From positions 1 to 38,309 of the IMG/VR virus record IMGVR_UViG_3300028024_000001: a stretch of 38,309 nucleotides of DNA, one strand, 5' to 3'. Every line of letters starts with the position of its first letter. The stretch's first letter is position 1. This stretch comes from a virus. The notes under the pieces are model-generated. The model saw nothing but the letters and a program-made list of their open reading frames with translations. It was not told where the DNA came from and searched no databases. A program made the translations under genes and the position numbers. Positions 1 to 10,472 of the stretch are shown here, one piece after another.

Positions 1-127
1 AACCTGACGCGCCTCGCCGCGCACATCTCCGGATCTGGCTTCGTGGACATGGCGTTTCAGGCTGAGCCGACGCCGGTGGTGTGGATGGTTCGTGCGGATG
101 GCGTGCTGGTGAGCATGACCTATGACC
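1..127. repeat. 127-bp direct terminal duplication (identical to 38183-38309); circular-closure overlap of the contig
   Basis: I aligned the first and last 127 nt by eye and they are identical. The repeat lies inside a continuous ORF, so it is not a gene boundary. Confidence 0.95.
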
Positions 128-789
128 GCGACGACAACGTGTGCGGGTTCGCACGCCATACGACTGACGGACTGTTCAAGTCGGTGTGCGTCATTCCGGG
201 TGACGACGGCGATATCGTTTTCGCGGTCGTGCAGCGCGTGATCAATGGCGCGACCGTGCAATTCGTCGAACGCCTCGATCCGGACGTCATGACGGATTGC
301 GCCATTCTCGGCACCAACGCCACGCCGGTGACCATCTGGACCGGACTGGACTCGCTTGAGGGCAAGTCCTGCGATGTGAAGGCGGATGGCGTTTTCATGG
401 GTCAGATGACCGTGACCGGCGGCCAGATCACGCTGCCGCGCGCCGCGACGTCGATCGAGGTCGGCCTGCACTATGACTCGCAGATCACGACGCTTACGCC
501 GAATGTATCGGGTGGCGGCGTCATTACATCGCAGGGCAACCAGCAGCGCAGCGGCAAGCTCATCCTCCGCATGCTCGAGTCGATCAATGCTGTGGTCAAC
601 GACCAGCGCATCGCGTTTCGCGCGTTCGGCACCGGAATTCTCGACGAGGCGCCGCAGCCATTCACCGGCGACAAGGACATCTCCGATTTCGGGTGGGACG
701 CAACGTCTGAAATCACGATCGTGCAGGACCAGCCGTACAAGTGGTACGTGCTCGCGCTCATTCGCCAATACACCGTCAACAACGGCTAG
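1..789 (+). CDS. Tail tubular protein B (T7 gp12-like), 3' part; continues from 36566-38182 across the circular junction (about 801 aa in total)
   Basis: Frame 1 is open from base 1 and is in phase with the ORF that starts at 36566. The gene follows the tail tubular A gene, as in T7-like phages. The listed ORF 43-789 is only the part after an internal Met. Confidence 0.8.
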   Translation, partial: NLTRLAAHISGSGFVDMAFQAEPTPVVWMVRADGVLVSMTYDRDDNVCGFARHTTDGLFKSVCVIPGDDGDIVFAVVQRVINGATVQFVERLDPDVMTDCAILGTNATPVTIWTGLDSLEGKSCDVKADGVFMGQMTVTGGQITLPRAATSIEVGLHYDSQITTLTPNVSGGGVITSQGNQQRSGKLILRMLESINAVVNDQRIAFRAFGTGILDEAPQPFTGDKDISDFGWDATSEITIVQDQPYKWYVLALIRQYTVNNG

Positions 790-792
790 ACC

Positions 793-1257
793 ATGATCAG
801 AACCGCAACGCCCGACGACATGCCTGCACTTCTTGACCTCGCCCGCGAACTGGTTGCCGAAGGGCGGTTTGCGTCGTTCGGTTTCATCGAGGATAAGGTG
901 CACGCGCGTTTTGAGGCGCTGCTGGCTGGCGCTGGCGTGATCTTCATTGCGGAGCGCGACGGCGAGATCATCGGCGGCATGGCGGCCGGCATCGGAGAGG
1001 ACTGGTTTTCAGACGTTCCGCTGACATTCGACTACGGGATCTACACCCGGCACAGTGCGCGTGGCGGCATCGCCGGTGGCCGTCTGGTTGAGGCTTACCT
1101 GACGTGGGCGGCCGCGTTGGCGCCTGTCGTGAACATCAATGTGGGCGTGACATCCGGCATCAATCAGGAGCGCACGATCGCGCTTTATCTCGCCATCGCC
1201 AGGCGGCTCGGCATTCATCTGCGCGTGATCGGTGCGGCTCTTTCAAATATGGGGTGA
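793..1257 (+). CDS. GNAT-family N-acetyltransferase (154 aa)
   Basis: The ATG lies 1 nt after the upstream stop. The protein has a GNAT-like acetyl-CoA motif A (SARGGIAGGRL) and the typical size. It sits where T7-like phages carry gp13. Confidence 0.6.
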   Translation: MIRTATPDDMPALLDLARELVAEGRFASFGFIEDKVHARFEALLAGAGVIFIAERDGEIIGGMAAGIGEDWFSDVPLTFDYGIYTRHSARGGIAGGRLVEAYLTWAAALAPVVNINVGVTSGINQERTIALYLAIARRLGIHLRVIGAALSNMG

Positions 1258-1260
1258 CAC

Positions 1261-1776
1261 ATGGCATGGCTCGCACTCGTTGCGCAGGCTGGCGGGGCAG
1301 TGGTGGGTGCGCAGGGCGCCAAGCAGCAGGCGGCCGCGCAATCGCAGCAACTGACCATGCAGGCGAATCAGGATGACCAGACTGCTGCCATGACGCAGTC
1401 GGCCGGCTATCAGGCCGCGCGCCGCATCCGCACGCAAGGCGCAACGAACGTCGGTGCGGCGAATGCATCGCTTGCGGCGTCGGGCGTCGACGTGAGTCAG
1501 GGCACGGCGAACGACATCCGGCAGAAGATCACGCAGAACGCGGAAACGGATGCCCTGAACACCATTCTCAATGCCGACTCGCGCGCGACGAACGAGCGCA
1601 CTCAGGCGTTCTATGAGCGTCAGGGCGCAGCTGACGCCACGAAGGCCGGGCAGATGGGGGTGGTCAAGTCGGCACTGGGCGCGCTCGGTGGCGCGAGCAA
1701 GGCAAGCGGCTGGAAAACCTCGGTCAATTCGTCGGGCGGCGACAGTTCTTTTAACAATCCATCGAACTACGGTTAA
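1261..1776 (+). CDS. Internal virion protein A-like (171 aa)
   Basis: Ala/Gln-rich protein with a hydrophobic N-terminus. It is the first of four tightly packed genes between tail tubular B and terminase, the T7 gp14-like position. Confidence 0.6.
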   Translation: MAWLALVAQAGGAVVGAQGAKQQAAAQSQQLTMQANQDDQTAAMTQSAGYQAARRIRTQGATNVGAANASLAASGVDVSQGTANDIRQKITQNAETDALNTILNADSRATNERTQAFYERQGAADATKAGQMGVVKSALGALGGASKASGWKTSVNSSGGDSSFNNPSNYG

Positions 1777-1779
1777 GAC

Positions 1780-3936
1780 ATGGCGCGCATTCCACTCGGC
1801 AATCAGGGCGATTCTGTCAGCCAGCCAGCGCAGCAGGTGCAAACCAGTGCCGCGGACTTCGGCGGCCTGTCGGCGCAGGCCCGGCAAGGCGTCGGCGTGG
1901 CCGCTGAGCAGCTCGGCGACTCGCTCGCTGCGCAGCAGGCCAAGGTCAACGACGATCTGCAGCGCACCGCTGCGGCGACGGCGTATCAGCAGCATGCGAC
2001 GAACATGCAACTGGCGATGCACGATGCCGGCACGAAGCTACAGAGCGGTGATCTCGACCAGACCGGCTATCAGTCTGCAATCCAGGATGCCCAGAAGCAG
2101 TCGTACGACTCGACCATCGGGGCGTTGCCCGACAATCACTACAAGAACGTCGCGAACATCCAGTCGCAGGGGATCAATCGCACAGTACAGCTCGGCACAC
2201 AGGAGGCGCTGACGAAGAATTCGCAGCAGCTGATCGCGACCAATGCACAGTCGTTGCTGGATACGGCCGGCAAGAGCATCGCAGTCGCGCCGGCGACGAT
2301 CGATTCGACGGTTTCGAGCACGCGCTCGGCATATCTGAGCGCAGCCGCCGCCGCGGGAATCCCGAAACCGACCGCCGACAAGGTCGCGCAGGATTGGGCC
2401 GACAGCCAGTATGCGAGCCACGCCGAGAGTGCCGTTATCGCTGCCCGCTCGAACGGGGACCTTGCAGCGCTCCAGAGGCTGCAGACTGATCTGACGTCGC
2501 CGGATGGCTTCTATTCTGGCAAGCTCGACGCGAACGCGCGTAACCGCGTGCTGTCGACGGCTGTATCCCAGAGCCTCGCGCTGCAGAATCAGACTGATGC
2601 GGCCGCGCAGGCGCGCGAGACCCAGGCGGCCAGCGCCTTCAATCAGGGTCTCGACCTGATGAATCAGGGTAAGCAGTTCAGCCCTACATACATCAAGCAG
2701 ATCACCGATGCGACCGCCGGCACGTCGCTGGCCGCCCAGACGCAGGAACTGATCGCGGGTAGCGCCAGGAATGCGGGCTTCTCGACGTTGCCGGTTCCGC
2801 AGATGCGTGCGGCAATCCAGAGCGATCAGGCGGCGGCGAATACTCCGGGCGTTGGTACGGATCCGGCGATCGCGGCCGCCGTGAAGCAGCGGCAGCAGAT
2901 CTACACCGCGAGCGTGGAGGCATACCAGAAAGACCCATGGAATGCCGCGCTCGACCGTGGCGTGATCCAGGCCGTGCCGCAGATAGATACCTCGAACATC
3001 CCGGCGCTGACCGCGTCGCTCGCCGCGCGCGGCAAGGCGGCTGGAATCGTCGATCAGGCCGCCGGACGTCAGGTTTCGCTGCTGACGCCAGATGAAGCGC
3101 AGAACGTACTGAAGACCGTGACCGCGCTCCCAGTTGATGCTCAGGCTCAGGTGCTGAACAGCATCGGCGGCGCGTTCGGCCAGGGCGCGCGCATCAACGA
3201 TCTGGCGCAGCAGTGGAAGGAAAAGAATCCGGCTGTCGCTCTCGCACTGAAGGCGGGCGCCGCCGGCGGCAACGGCTCGCCGCTCACGACGGTCACCGGC
3301 CAGCCAGTCGGCGCATTCATCCTGTCTGGGCAGCAGGCAATCGCCGACAAGACAGTCAAGGTCGACGAGATGGCCGGCACCGGCATGCACGCGACGATTG
3401 CGACCGCGATCGACGGCGCGATGCCGCCCGATCAGGCGACCGACGCCAAGGAAAGTGCGTATTACATTGCGATCGGCAGCGCCGCGCGCAACGGCCGCAC
3501 GACGCCGAACAGCACCGATATCCAGAACGGCATCGATGCTGCGACCGGTGGCATATCCACCACTGGCGGCGCGCGTTACAACGGCAATCCGAACCGCGTC
3601 GCGATGCCGTATGGCTGGAAAGAGGGTGATTTTCAGGCCAGCGTCAAGAGCGCTGACGTCGGCAACATCGAGAACACCGTCAACGGCAAGCCGGTCGATA
3701 CGGTGTACGCCAATGGCAAACCGATTCCGGTCAGCGACTTCATGGCTAAATTCCCGAGCTACCAACTGGTGCGCGTCGGCGTGCGCGGCACGTATGCGGT
3801 TGCGACCGGCTCGAAGTTCGTTCAGGACTCGACGGGCGCTCCCGTAACAGTTCACCTTTCGCTGGGCCAGAAAGCGAAATCTGCGACGTCGGCAGCCACC
3901 GAGCAGACGCCTGACATGATCAACAACCCATTCTGA
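1780..3936 (+). CDS. Internal virion / ejection protein B-like (718 aa)
   Basis: Long Ala/Gln-rich ORF with high GC3, in a position syntenic with T7 gp15-like core proteins. Confidence 0.6.
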   Translation: MARIPLGNQGDSVSQPAQQVQTSAADFGGLSAQARQGVGVAAEQLGDSLAAQQAKVNDDLQRTAAATAYQQHATNMQLAMHDAGTKLQSGDLDQTGYQSAIQDAQKQSYDSTIGALPDNHYKNVANIQSQGINRTVQLGTQEALTKNSQQLIATNAQSLLDTAGKSIAVAPATIDSTVSSTRSAYLSAAAAAGIPKPTADKVAQDWADSQYASHAESAVIAARSNGDLAALQRLQTDLTSPDGFYSGKLDANARNRVLSTAVSQSLALQNQTDAAAQARETQAASAFNQGLDLMNQGKQFSPTYIKQITDATAGTSLAAQTQELIAGSARNAGFSTLPVPQMRAAIQSDQAAANTPGVGTDPAIAAAVKQRQQIYTASVEAYQKDPWNAALDRGVIQAVPQIDTSNIPALTASLAARGKAAGIVDQAAGRQVSLLTPDEAQNVLKTVTALPVDAQAQVLNSIGGAFGQGARINDLAQQWKEKNPAVALALKAGAAGGNGSPLTTVTGQPVGAFILSGQQAIADKTVKVDEMAGTGMHATIATAIDGAMPPDQATDAKESAYYIAIGSAARNGRTTPNSTDIQNGIDAATGGISTTGGARYNGNPNRVAMPYGWKEGDFQASVKSADVGNIENTVNGKPVDTVYANGKPIPVSDFMAKFPSYQLVRVGVRGTYAVATGSKFVQDSTGAPVTVHLSLGQKAKSATSAATEQTPDMINNPF

Positions 3937-3943
3937 GGCCGGC

Positions 3944-5887
3944 ATGCCAATCGACGACCTCTATGCGGAATCGACAAATCAATACCTGGCAGGTTCGAAC
4001 CAGGTGAATGTGCCTGCGCCGCAGGCGCCGCCATCGACGTCGATCAGCTCGATTGCGCACGCGGTGGGCCGCGGCTTCGGCCAGGGCGCACTTCAGTTTG
4101 GCGGCGCGCTGTCCGACATGGCGAGCGGCGCCTCGCAGATCTTCGTCGACCCTGACACGCTCGCGCTCAATCCGAATGCTCAGGCCGATGCCGACAAACA
4201 GATCAACGACGCGATAGCGAAGCAGCGCGCGGGTCACCTGTTCGAATCGCGCGTCGGTACGGCCGCCTATGACCTGGCTGACACGCTGAAGCCCGATCCG
4301 ACCAAAGCAACCGCAACGGATCAGATTGTGCAGGGCGCCGTGAGCGGCCTCACGCAGCTTGTACCGTCCACGCTGCTGTTCGGGCCGGTGGGCGGCGCGG
4401 TAGCCGGCGGCGCGTCGATCGGCATGGCGCGCGCCGAAGATCTCAAGCGGCAAGGCGTTGATGTCGGCACGCGCACCGCCGTCGGCGCTGTCGAGGGATC
4501 GCTGAGCGGCGTCGGCGCCGTGCTCCCTGTGGCAGGTTCGACCATCGCCAGAACGGCCGGCCTGGTGGCCGTTGGTGGTCCGGGCATGAACATCGCGCAG
4601 GGCGTTGCCGAGAAGGCCATTCTGCGCAACTCGAACTATGACCACCTTGCCGACCAGATCGACCCGCTAGACCCGACGAGCCTTGCCGCTTCGACGCTGG
4701 TTGCTGGCATGTTCGCCGGCGCGCACGCGGTCGGGGTGTCGCGTGCCGCGAAGGCTGGTGCTGCGGCAGACGCAAGTGCGGCCGCGCCGAAGACCGCACC
4801 CGTCGACGTGCCGCTCACAGACTTGCCGATCGATACCCGCAAGGCTTTGCGTTACAACGCTCCGCAACTCGACGCATACGCTGCGCAGGCAGCGCAGGCC
4901 GCCGGTGTGCCGCCCGAAATGCTGCTGTTCATCAAGAACCGGGGTGAGCAGTCGAATAGCAATCAGGTGAGCCCGAAGGGTGCGAAGGGCGTGATGCAAT
5001 TCACGGACCCGACGTTCGCGCAATTCGGCAAGGGCGACCCGACCGACCCCATCAACTCAATCGATGCCGCAGCGGCCTATGCGAAAGATCTGCTGCAGCG
5101 TTACGACGGTGACGTGCGCGCCGCGCTCACGGAATACAACGGCGGCGTGAAGCAGGCGCAGGCCGTGCACGCCGGCGGCGCGCCGACGGACCCGGAGACG
5201 ATCAAGTACCTGCGCAAGTACGACCAGTTTGCGGCTACGCAGCAGATCAACCACGTGAAGTTCGATGCGTCGCCTGATCAGGTCGACGCCGCGTTGGTGT
5301 CGCACGGCCAGAATATAGTTGACGACGCAAACATTTTGCCTGAGACAGATGTCGCGGGCATGGCTGCACACCAGGATGCATTCGAACTGGCGGCGCGGCA
5401 GATGGGCGATGGCGCGTTTCCGCAGGTCGCTGATGCAATTCCGGGTGACGTAACCGGTCGGGCGGAGTATCAGCAATTCGGAAGGGATGTTGGCGATTCG
5501 ATCGTCGCCGAGCCGCCTGTGCGTGCTGAGCGCGAATTGTCAACGCAGACCAGCGCCGCCGATGTGGCGCAGGTCACCGCGCCGCGCCCCGCTGATTCGA
5601 TCCCGGCGCCGCGACCCGCTACCGCAGACAGCGCCGCGACACAAATCAATGGCGAGCAGCAGGCCGCTGCGCCGAAACTGAGCGCGGTCGAGACTAACGT
5701 GCGCGATGTAGCGATGCTGGCGCCCGACACGCCTGTGCATCTGGACACCTCGAATCCAGATATGCCCGAGCACAACGGCACGATCGCATCCGCGCTTGAA
5801 TTGATCGATAACGAGCATGCTGCTACGGTGGACGACGCGAAGCTGTTCAGCGTGGCCGCAAACTGCTTTATAGCGACGGGGTTCTGA
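3944..5887 (+). CDS. Internal virion protein with soluble lytic transglycosylase (SLT) domain (647 aa)
   Basis: SLT signature: catalytic Glu context NRGEQSNSNQVSPKGAKGVMQFT, then AYAKDLL and EYNGG. This is analogous to the T7 gp16 peptidoglycan hydrolase. Confidence 0.8.
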   Translation: MPIDDLYAESTNQYLAGSNQVNVPAPQAPPSTSISSIAHAVGRGFGQGALQFGGALSDMASGASQIFVDPDTLALNPNAQADADKQINDAIAKQRAGHLFESRVGTAAYDLADTLKPDPTKATATDQIVQGAVSGLTQLVPSTLLFGPVGGAVAGGASIGMARAEDLKRQGVDVGTRTAVGAVEGSLSGVGAVLPVAGSTIARTAGLVAVGGPGMNIAQGVAEKAILRNSNYDHLADQIDPLDPTSLAASTLVAGMFAGAHAVGVSRAAKAGAAADASAAAPKTAPVDVPLTDLPIDTRKALRYNAPQLDAYAAQAAQAAGVPPEMLLFIKNRGEQSNSNQVSPKGAKGVMQFTDPTFAQFGKGDPTDPINSIDAAAAYAKDLLQRYDGDVRAALTEYNGGVKQAQAVHAGGAPTDPETIKYLRKYDQFAATQQINHVKFDASPDQVDAALVSHGQNIVDDANILPETDVAGMAAHQDAFELAARQMGDGAFPQVADAIPGDVTGRAEYQQFGRDVGDSIVAEPPVRAERELSTQTSAADVAQVTAPRPADSIPAPRPATADSAATQINGEQQAAAPKLSAVETNVRDVAMLAPDTPVHLDTSNPDMPEHNGTIASALELIDNEHAATVDDAKLFSVAANCFIATGF

Positions 5888-5888
5888 A

Positions 5889-8495
5889 ATGCATGACAAG
5901 TGCGCAAACGCAGTGCAGCAGGTACGCGAGGCCGCTGGCCGCAAGCCGCTTACCAAGGCCGAACTCGACCACATCGAGGACCGCGTGCGCGCCGGGATGC
6001 GCTCCGTTGCCAACAAGGACATCGACGCGTGGCGCGGCATGTCCGTCAACGAGCGCGTCGCTGCCGGCGCTGAGTGGGCATCGAAGCAACTGATTCAAGA
6101 GGCGGAACTAGCGAAACAGCGGAAATTGCTGCAGATATCGAAGCAACTGGAAACGCAGAACCGGATTGAGGACGCGCTCTACGCCGATCCAGAGAAAGCT
6201 CACGATAAGAATGCGCGGCAGAAGGCCGTCAAGCACGACATCGAGCAGGCATATGTCATGTCCGGTGCGATCAAGGCCGATTACATGCGACAGACGATGG
6301 GTGCGATCGACGCGATGAAGGAGGGTCAGAATTTCCTCGCGCGGGCTTTCGACGTCGATAACCCGGCGATGGAGCGCGACATCATCCGCGAGGTCTACAA
6401 GAAAGCCGACGGCTCGACCGGAAACGAGGTGGCGAAGGCCGCGGCCGAGCAGATCAGCAGGACGAACGAGGCGATGCGCAAGCGCTTCAATGCGTCAGGG
6501 GGCAATGTCGGCGATGTTGGATACGGCTACGTGCCGATCCGCCACAGCCAGTCGAAGGTGCTCGGCAATGGATCTGATGTGCAGCGTCGCGCGTGGGCCG
6601 ACTTCGTTATGCCGTTGCTCGACCGTTCGAAATACCTGGATGACAGCGGCGATGTGATGAGCGATGCCGCAGTGCGCCAGATGCTGACCGGAGAGGCGCG
6701 TGGGCCGTGGCAGGAGGCCAACATTGCCGCGAAGGGTAAAGACGTCAAGAAGCGCGCGCCGGGCATCTGGGATGAAATCGCCGGCACATCGCCGCGCGAG
6801 ATCACGACGATCCGCGGAGCCGTCGGCGCTCGCGCGAACGCCAACTCAGAGCACCGCTTCCTGCACTTCATCGACGCCGACGCACACATGGATTACAACC
6901 GCGTCTATGGCGAGGGCTCGCTGCTGAACGCACTAAATGACCACGTCACCGGCATGGCGAAGAATATCGCGCTGGTCGAGCGCTATGGTCCGAACCCGAC
7001 GCGCAACATCATGGCGCAGATCGATCGCACGGCCGAGCACGACGGCACGCCGGTTCGCATCCTAGAAAAAGGCCCGACGTCGATCGGCGCGTATTGGGAT
7101 TACGTCAACGGAAACACGAACACGCCGATCGATCCGACGCTCGCGCGTAATTTCCAGACCGTCCGGACGACTGTGGGCGCGATCAAGCTGCAGGGAACGG
7201 TGCTCGCGGCGCTGGGCGACGTCGGCACCATGTTCGTGACCGCGAATTACAACAAGGTGCCATTCTTTCGCACGCTGGGCACGGCGGCGCGCCTGATGGC
7301 GCCGGGCTCCAAGGATCTGCGCTCGTGGCTGTCTTCGCAAGGCCTGATCGCCGAAAACCTCGAGCACGGCATGACGCGATGGGGTCAGGATAATCTCGCC
7401 ACGGACTGGGCTAAAAACCTGTCGGCCGCAACGATGAAATTCGGCGGCGTGACGGGCTGGACGGACGCCATGCGCACCGGATTTCAGGCCAACATGATGC
7501 GCGGCCTCGCCGAGATATCGAAGACGCCGTGGGCTGACCTGACCGAATGGGATCGCCGCGCGCTGACGCGAGGCGGCATCACGAATTCGGATTGGGACGT
7601 GGTCAACAAGGCCGAGCCGAGCCAGTACGGCAGCAATCACTACCTGACGCCGGACTCGATCTACGAGACAGGCCACGCCGATGCGTCGAACGTCGCCCCG
7701 AAGCTGCTCGGCATGATCCGCGAGGAAGGCGAGTTCGCCGTGCTGAATCCGGATCTGACAACGAAGGTGATCACATCGGGCAACTCGGGCACGTGGAAGG
7801 GCGAACTGCAGAAGACTTTCATGCAGTTCAAGAGCTTCCCGATCGCGATGATCACGCGCCACTGGGGGCGCCTGTCGGAAATGCGCCGGTCAGGAGATTT
7901 CAAGGTCGACGGCGCGCCGGCGCTCGCGAATCCTCTGGCATACGGCACAGCGCTGATCGTCAGCACGACGCTGATCGGCGCCATCACCAGCCAGATAAAG
8001 GACGTCCTTGCCGGCAAGGATCCGGAATCGGTGTGGGGAGATCCGAAACACGCCTTTGCTTTCTGGTCAGGCGCATTCGCGACGGGCGGCGGCGCTGGCT
8101 TCGCTGGCGATATGCTCAAGGCAATGTTCACCAGCTCTGACTATGGCTCGCTGCTGTCCAGTGTCGTCGGCGGCCCAGTTCTTTCTACCATCTTTCAGCC
8201 GGTGCATGCTGTGGCTGATAATGTGGCCGCAGCTCGCGATGGGAAAGACACGCACATTGCGGGCGATATGGTGAAGATCGCAAAATCAAATCTTCCTCTG
8301 CTGAACCTGTGGTATTGGAAGACCGTGATGAATCGGCTTATCTGGGACAATCTCGCAGAGAACGTTTCGCCTGGCGTAACCCAGCGCAACATCAACAGGT
8401 CGAACAAGCAGGATGGGAACGAGTACTGGTGGACGCCTGGCACGACGTCGCCGCAGCGCCCGCCAAATCTCGCAACCGTAGCAGGGGCACAATAA
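5889..8495 (+). CDS. Large internal virion / DNA-ejection protein (868 aa)
   Basis: Largest ORF of the core-protein block. Its start is 1 nt after the upstream stop, and its stop overlaps the next start (TAATG). Confidence 0.6.
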   Translation: MHDKCANAVQQVREAAGRKPLTKAELDHIEDRVRAGMRSVANKDIDAWRGMSVNERVAAGAEWASKQLIQEAELAKQRKLLQISKQLETQNRIEDALYADPEKAHDKNARQKAVKHDIEQAYVMSGAIKADYMRQTMGAIDAMKEGQNFLARAFDVDNPAMERDIIREVYKKADGSTGNEVAKAAAEQISRTNEAMRKRFNASGGNVGDVGYGYVPIRHSQSKVLGNGSDVQRRAWADFVMPLLDRSKYLDDSGDVMSDAAVRQMLTGEARGPWQEANIAAKGKDVKKRAPGIWDEIAGTSPREITTIRGAVGARANANSEHRFLHFIDADAHMDYNRVYGEGSLLNALNDHVTGMAKNIALVERYGPNPTRNIMAQIDRTAEHDGTPVRILEKGPTSIGAYWDYVNGNTNTPIDPTLARNFQTVRTTVGAIKLQGTVLAALGDVGTMFVTANYNKVPFFRTLGTAARLMAPGSKDLRSWLSSQGLIAENLEHGMTRWGQDNLATDWAKNLSAATMKFGGVTGWTDAMRTGFQANMMRGLAEISKTPWADLTEWDRRALTRGGITNSDWDVVNKAEPSQYGSNHYLTPDSIYETGHADASNVAPKLLGMIREEGEFAVLNPDLTTKVITSGNSGTWKGELQKTFMQFKSFPIAMITRHWGRLSEMRRSGDFKVDGAPALANPLAYGTALIVSTTLIGAITSQIKDVLAGKDPESVWGDPKHAFAFWSGAFATGGGAGFAGDMLKAMFTSSDYGSLLSSVVGGPVLSTIFQPVHAVADNVAAARDGKDTHIAGDMVKIAKSNLPLLNLWYWKTVMNRLIWDNLAENVSPGVTQRNINRSNKQDGNEYWWTPGTTSPQRPPNLATVAGAQ

Positions 8496-8857
8496 TGCGA
8501 CAGGACCAGATCGAACGCCTTCAGCAGCTCGAGGAGCGACTGATTGACGTCTACCTCGACGAGGCGGACCCGGACAACTGGCCGGGCGTCGGCACGATGG
8601 GCGAGCAACTGACAAAGCAGCAGCGCGGTGATCGCTTCTGGGAGAAGAAAAACGCGATCGCGACGGTGGCGCTCGCGCAGGAAACGCGCAAACTGATCGC
8701 CAACGACAAGGCAGCACTTGGCCGCGACCCGTACAGTGATGGTGAAATGGATCGCAAGATTCACGATGCAGAGAAGCGCGCGGCCGAGCTGGTCAAAAAG
8801 GTTCAGGACGGCACCGCGCGAGCGGGATTCCTGAAGCGTGCCGCCGGTGACACCTAA
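8495..8857 (+). CDS. Terminase small subunit (120 aa)
   Basis: The ATG overlaps the upstream stop. It is a small charged helical protein immediately upstream of the large terminase. The listed ORF 8309-8857 begins inside the previous gene, so I chose the internal start. Confidence 0.55.
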   Translation: MRQDQIERLQQLEERLIDVYLDEADPDNWPGVGTMGEQLTKQQRGDRFWEKKNAIATVALAQETRKLIANDKAALGRDPYSDGEMDRKIHDAEKRAAELVKKVQDGTARAGFLKRAAGDT

Positions 8858-10472
8858 GATATCGTTTCTTGCATTCTTCCTGATATGGGCCGACCGCATG
8901 CGCTGGACGGTCCCGGACGTGCACGTAATTGCATGTCACTGGCTCGAGCGCCGCGGCGATCTATCGGTGTTCCGATGCTTCCGCGGCTTCGGCAAGTCCA
9001 CACTGCTCGCAATCCACAACGCCTGGCTCTATTACGAAGACCCGACGTTTCGCATCCTGCACCAGTCCGAGGCCGACGGAACGGCCTACAAGACGAGCCG
9101 CGACACCCAGAACGTCATCCGCAATCACCCGCTCACGAAGGGGCTCCTGCCGCCCGGCAAGGGCACGGTCGAGCAATGGTGGATCATCGGCTCGACGGAT
9201 CACCGCAACGCCAACATGTATGCCAAGGGCATCCTGTCGAATGTGACGAGCGCGCGCGCCGACGAGTGCCAGAACGATGACGTCGAAGTCCCGAAGAACA
9301 TCCAGACGCCGGAGGCCCGCGAGAAGCTGCGCTACCGGCTCGGCGAGCAGACGCACATCCTGGTGCCGGGCGGCCGCAAGCTGTACATCGGCACGCCGCA
9401 CACGCACGACTCGCTCTACGACGAAATCGAAAAGCTTGGTGCGGACTGCCTCACGATCAAGATGTTCGAACAGGAACACCGCATCGAGAAGGCGGACAGG
9501 GACAAATACGAGATCCCGTTCAAGCCTGAGTACGTTTTCGCCGGCATTGGCAAATCGACAAAGGTGCTCAGGGAGGGCGTCGACTATTTCGTCGAGGATG
9601 GCAACCGCGTCTGGTTCGCGCATCCGCCCGGCTGCCTGGTCGACTTCTATGCGGGCAGCGCGTGGCCGGAGCGGTTCGACCATGCCGAGATGGAGAAGCG
9701 GCGGCGCGAGACGCGCACCATCAACGAATGGGACAGCCAGTATCAGCTTCATTCGAAGCCGATCGGAGAGGTGCGGCTCGACCCGGAAAAGATGCGGCCG
9801 TACGACGTGCAGCCGGTCGTCGCGCGCGCGAACCGGGAAATGCGCATGATGCTCGGGGCGGCGCGCATCGTAAGCGCCCGCGCGTATTGGGACTGTGCAA
9901 CAGGCAAGGCTGGTGGCGACGATTCCGCGTTGTCGCTGATCCTCGATGATGCCGCGGGAAATTATTACTGGCACGTCGCTCAGGCCATGATCGGCGAGTT
10001 CGCGGTGTTTTCCGACGACAACGCGAAAATCAACGGCGGCCAGGTGATGCAGATATGCGACCTGATCGAGCGCTACTCGATCCCGCAGATCTACGTGGAG
10101 ACGAATGGCGTTGGGTCGTTCGCGCCGCAGTTGCTGCGCAAGGCGATCAGTCAGCGCCGGCTGCAGTGTGGCGTGATTGAGCGCACAGCGACCGTCAACA
10201 AGAACGAGAAGATCCTGGGTGGACTGGAAGGCCCGTTGCGCTCGGGGATCCTGTGGGCGCACGTCGATGTGCTCGACGGCCCTGTGTGGGACCAGATGAA
10301 GCAGTTCAACCCGCTCATCAAGACGCAACCTGACGATTTTATCGATTCGGGTGCATCGGCAATTCTGGAAACCCCAGTCCGCATAGGCAAGTTGGTCGGG
10401 AATTCGACAGGCGATACATCGCAAGATTGGCGTCCATCGACGGGCGTGCATGAGGTGACGCTCGAAATGTAG
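8838..10472 (+). CDS. Terminase large subunit (544 aa from GTG 8838; alternative ATG at 8898)
   Basis: Walker A-like RGFGKST, Walker B-like ADECQNDDVE, and a C-terminal nuclease-like half. Size and position are typical of a T7-like TerL. Confidence 0.85.
   Translation: MPPVTPKISFLAFFLIWADRMRWTVPDVHVIACHWLERRGDLSVFRCFRGFGKSTLLAIHNAWLYYEDPTFRILHQSEADGTAYKTSRDTQNVIRNHPLTKGLLPPGKGTVEQWWIIGSTDHRNANMYAKGILSNVTSARADECQNDDVEVPKNIQTPEAREKLRYRLGEQTHILVPGGRKLYIGTPHTHDSLYDEIEKLGADCLTIKMFEQEHRIEKADRDKYEIPFKPEYVFAGIGKSTKVLREGVDYFVEDGNRVWFAHPPGCLVDFYAGSAWPERFDHAEMEKRRRETRTINEWDSQYQLHSKPIGEVRLDPEKMRPYDVQPVVARANREMRMMLGAARIVSARAYWDCATGKAGGDDSALSLILDDAAGNYYWHVAQAMIGEFAVFSDDNAKINGGQVMQICDLIERYSIPQIYVETNGVGSFAPQLLRKAISQRRLQCGVIERTATVNKNEKILGGLEGPLRSGILWAHVDVLDGPVWDQMKQFNPLIKTQPDDFIDSGASAILETPVRIGKLVGNSTGDTSQDWRPSTGVHEVTLEM

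Noticed and set aside
1-127. The 127-bp end duplication read as a genuine T7-style direct terminal repeat.
   Set aside because: The repeat lies in the middle of the tail tubular B coding sequence and simply restores one ORF. This fits a circular-assembly overlap better. True termini need read-start analysis.
2038-3945. 635-aa minus-strand ORF antisense to the internal virion protein gene. Similar cases are 1243-2022, 3920-4645, 7062-7862, 8961-10493, 29660-30319, 30341-31297 and 34336-35427.
   Set aside because: These are Arg/Leu/Ala/Gly-rich antisense translations typical of high-GC DNA, where stop codons are rare in the complementary frame. They have no RBS, and they lie fully inside genes with clear homology and high GC3 on the + strand.
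8823-8831. CGGGATTCC 9-mer near the TerS/TerL junction, resembling the core of the 19-bp late motif.
   Set aside because: Only 9 nt match, it lies inside coding sequence, and the flanking inverted repeat is absent. It is probably chance.
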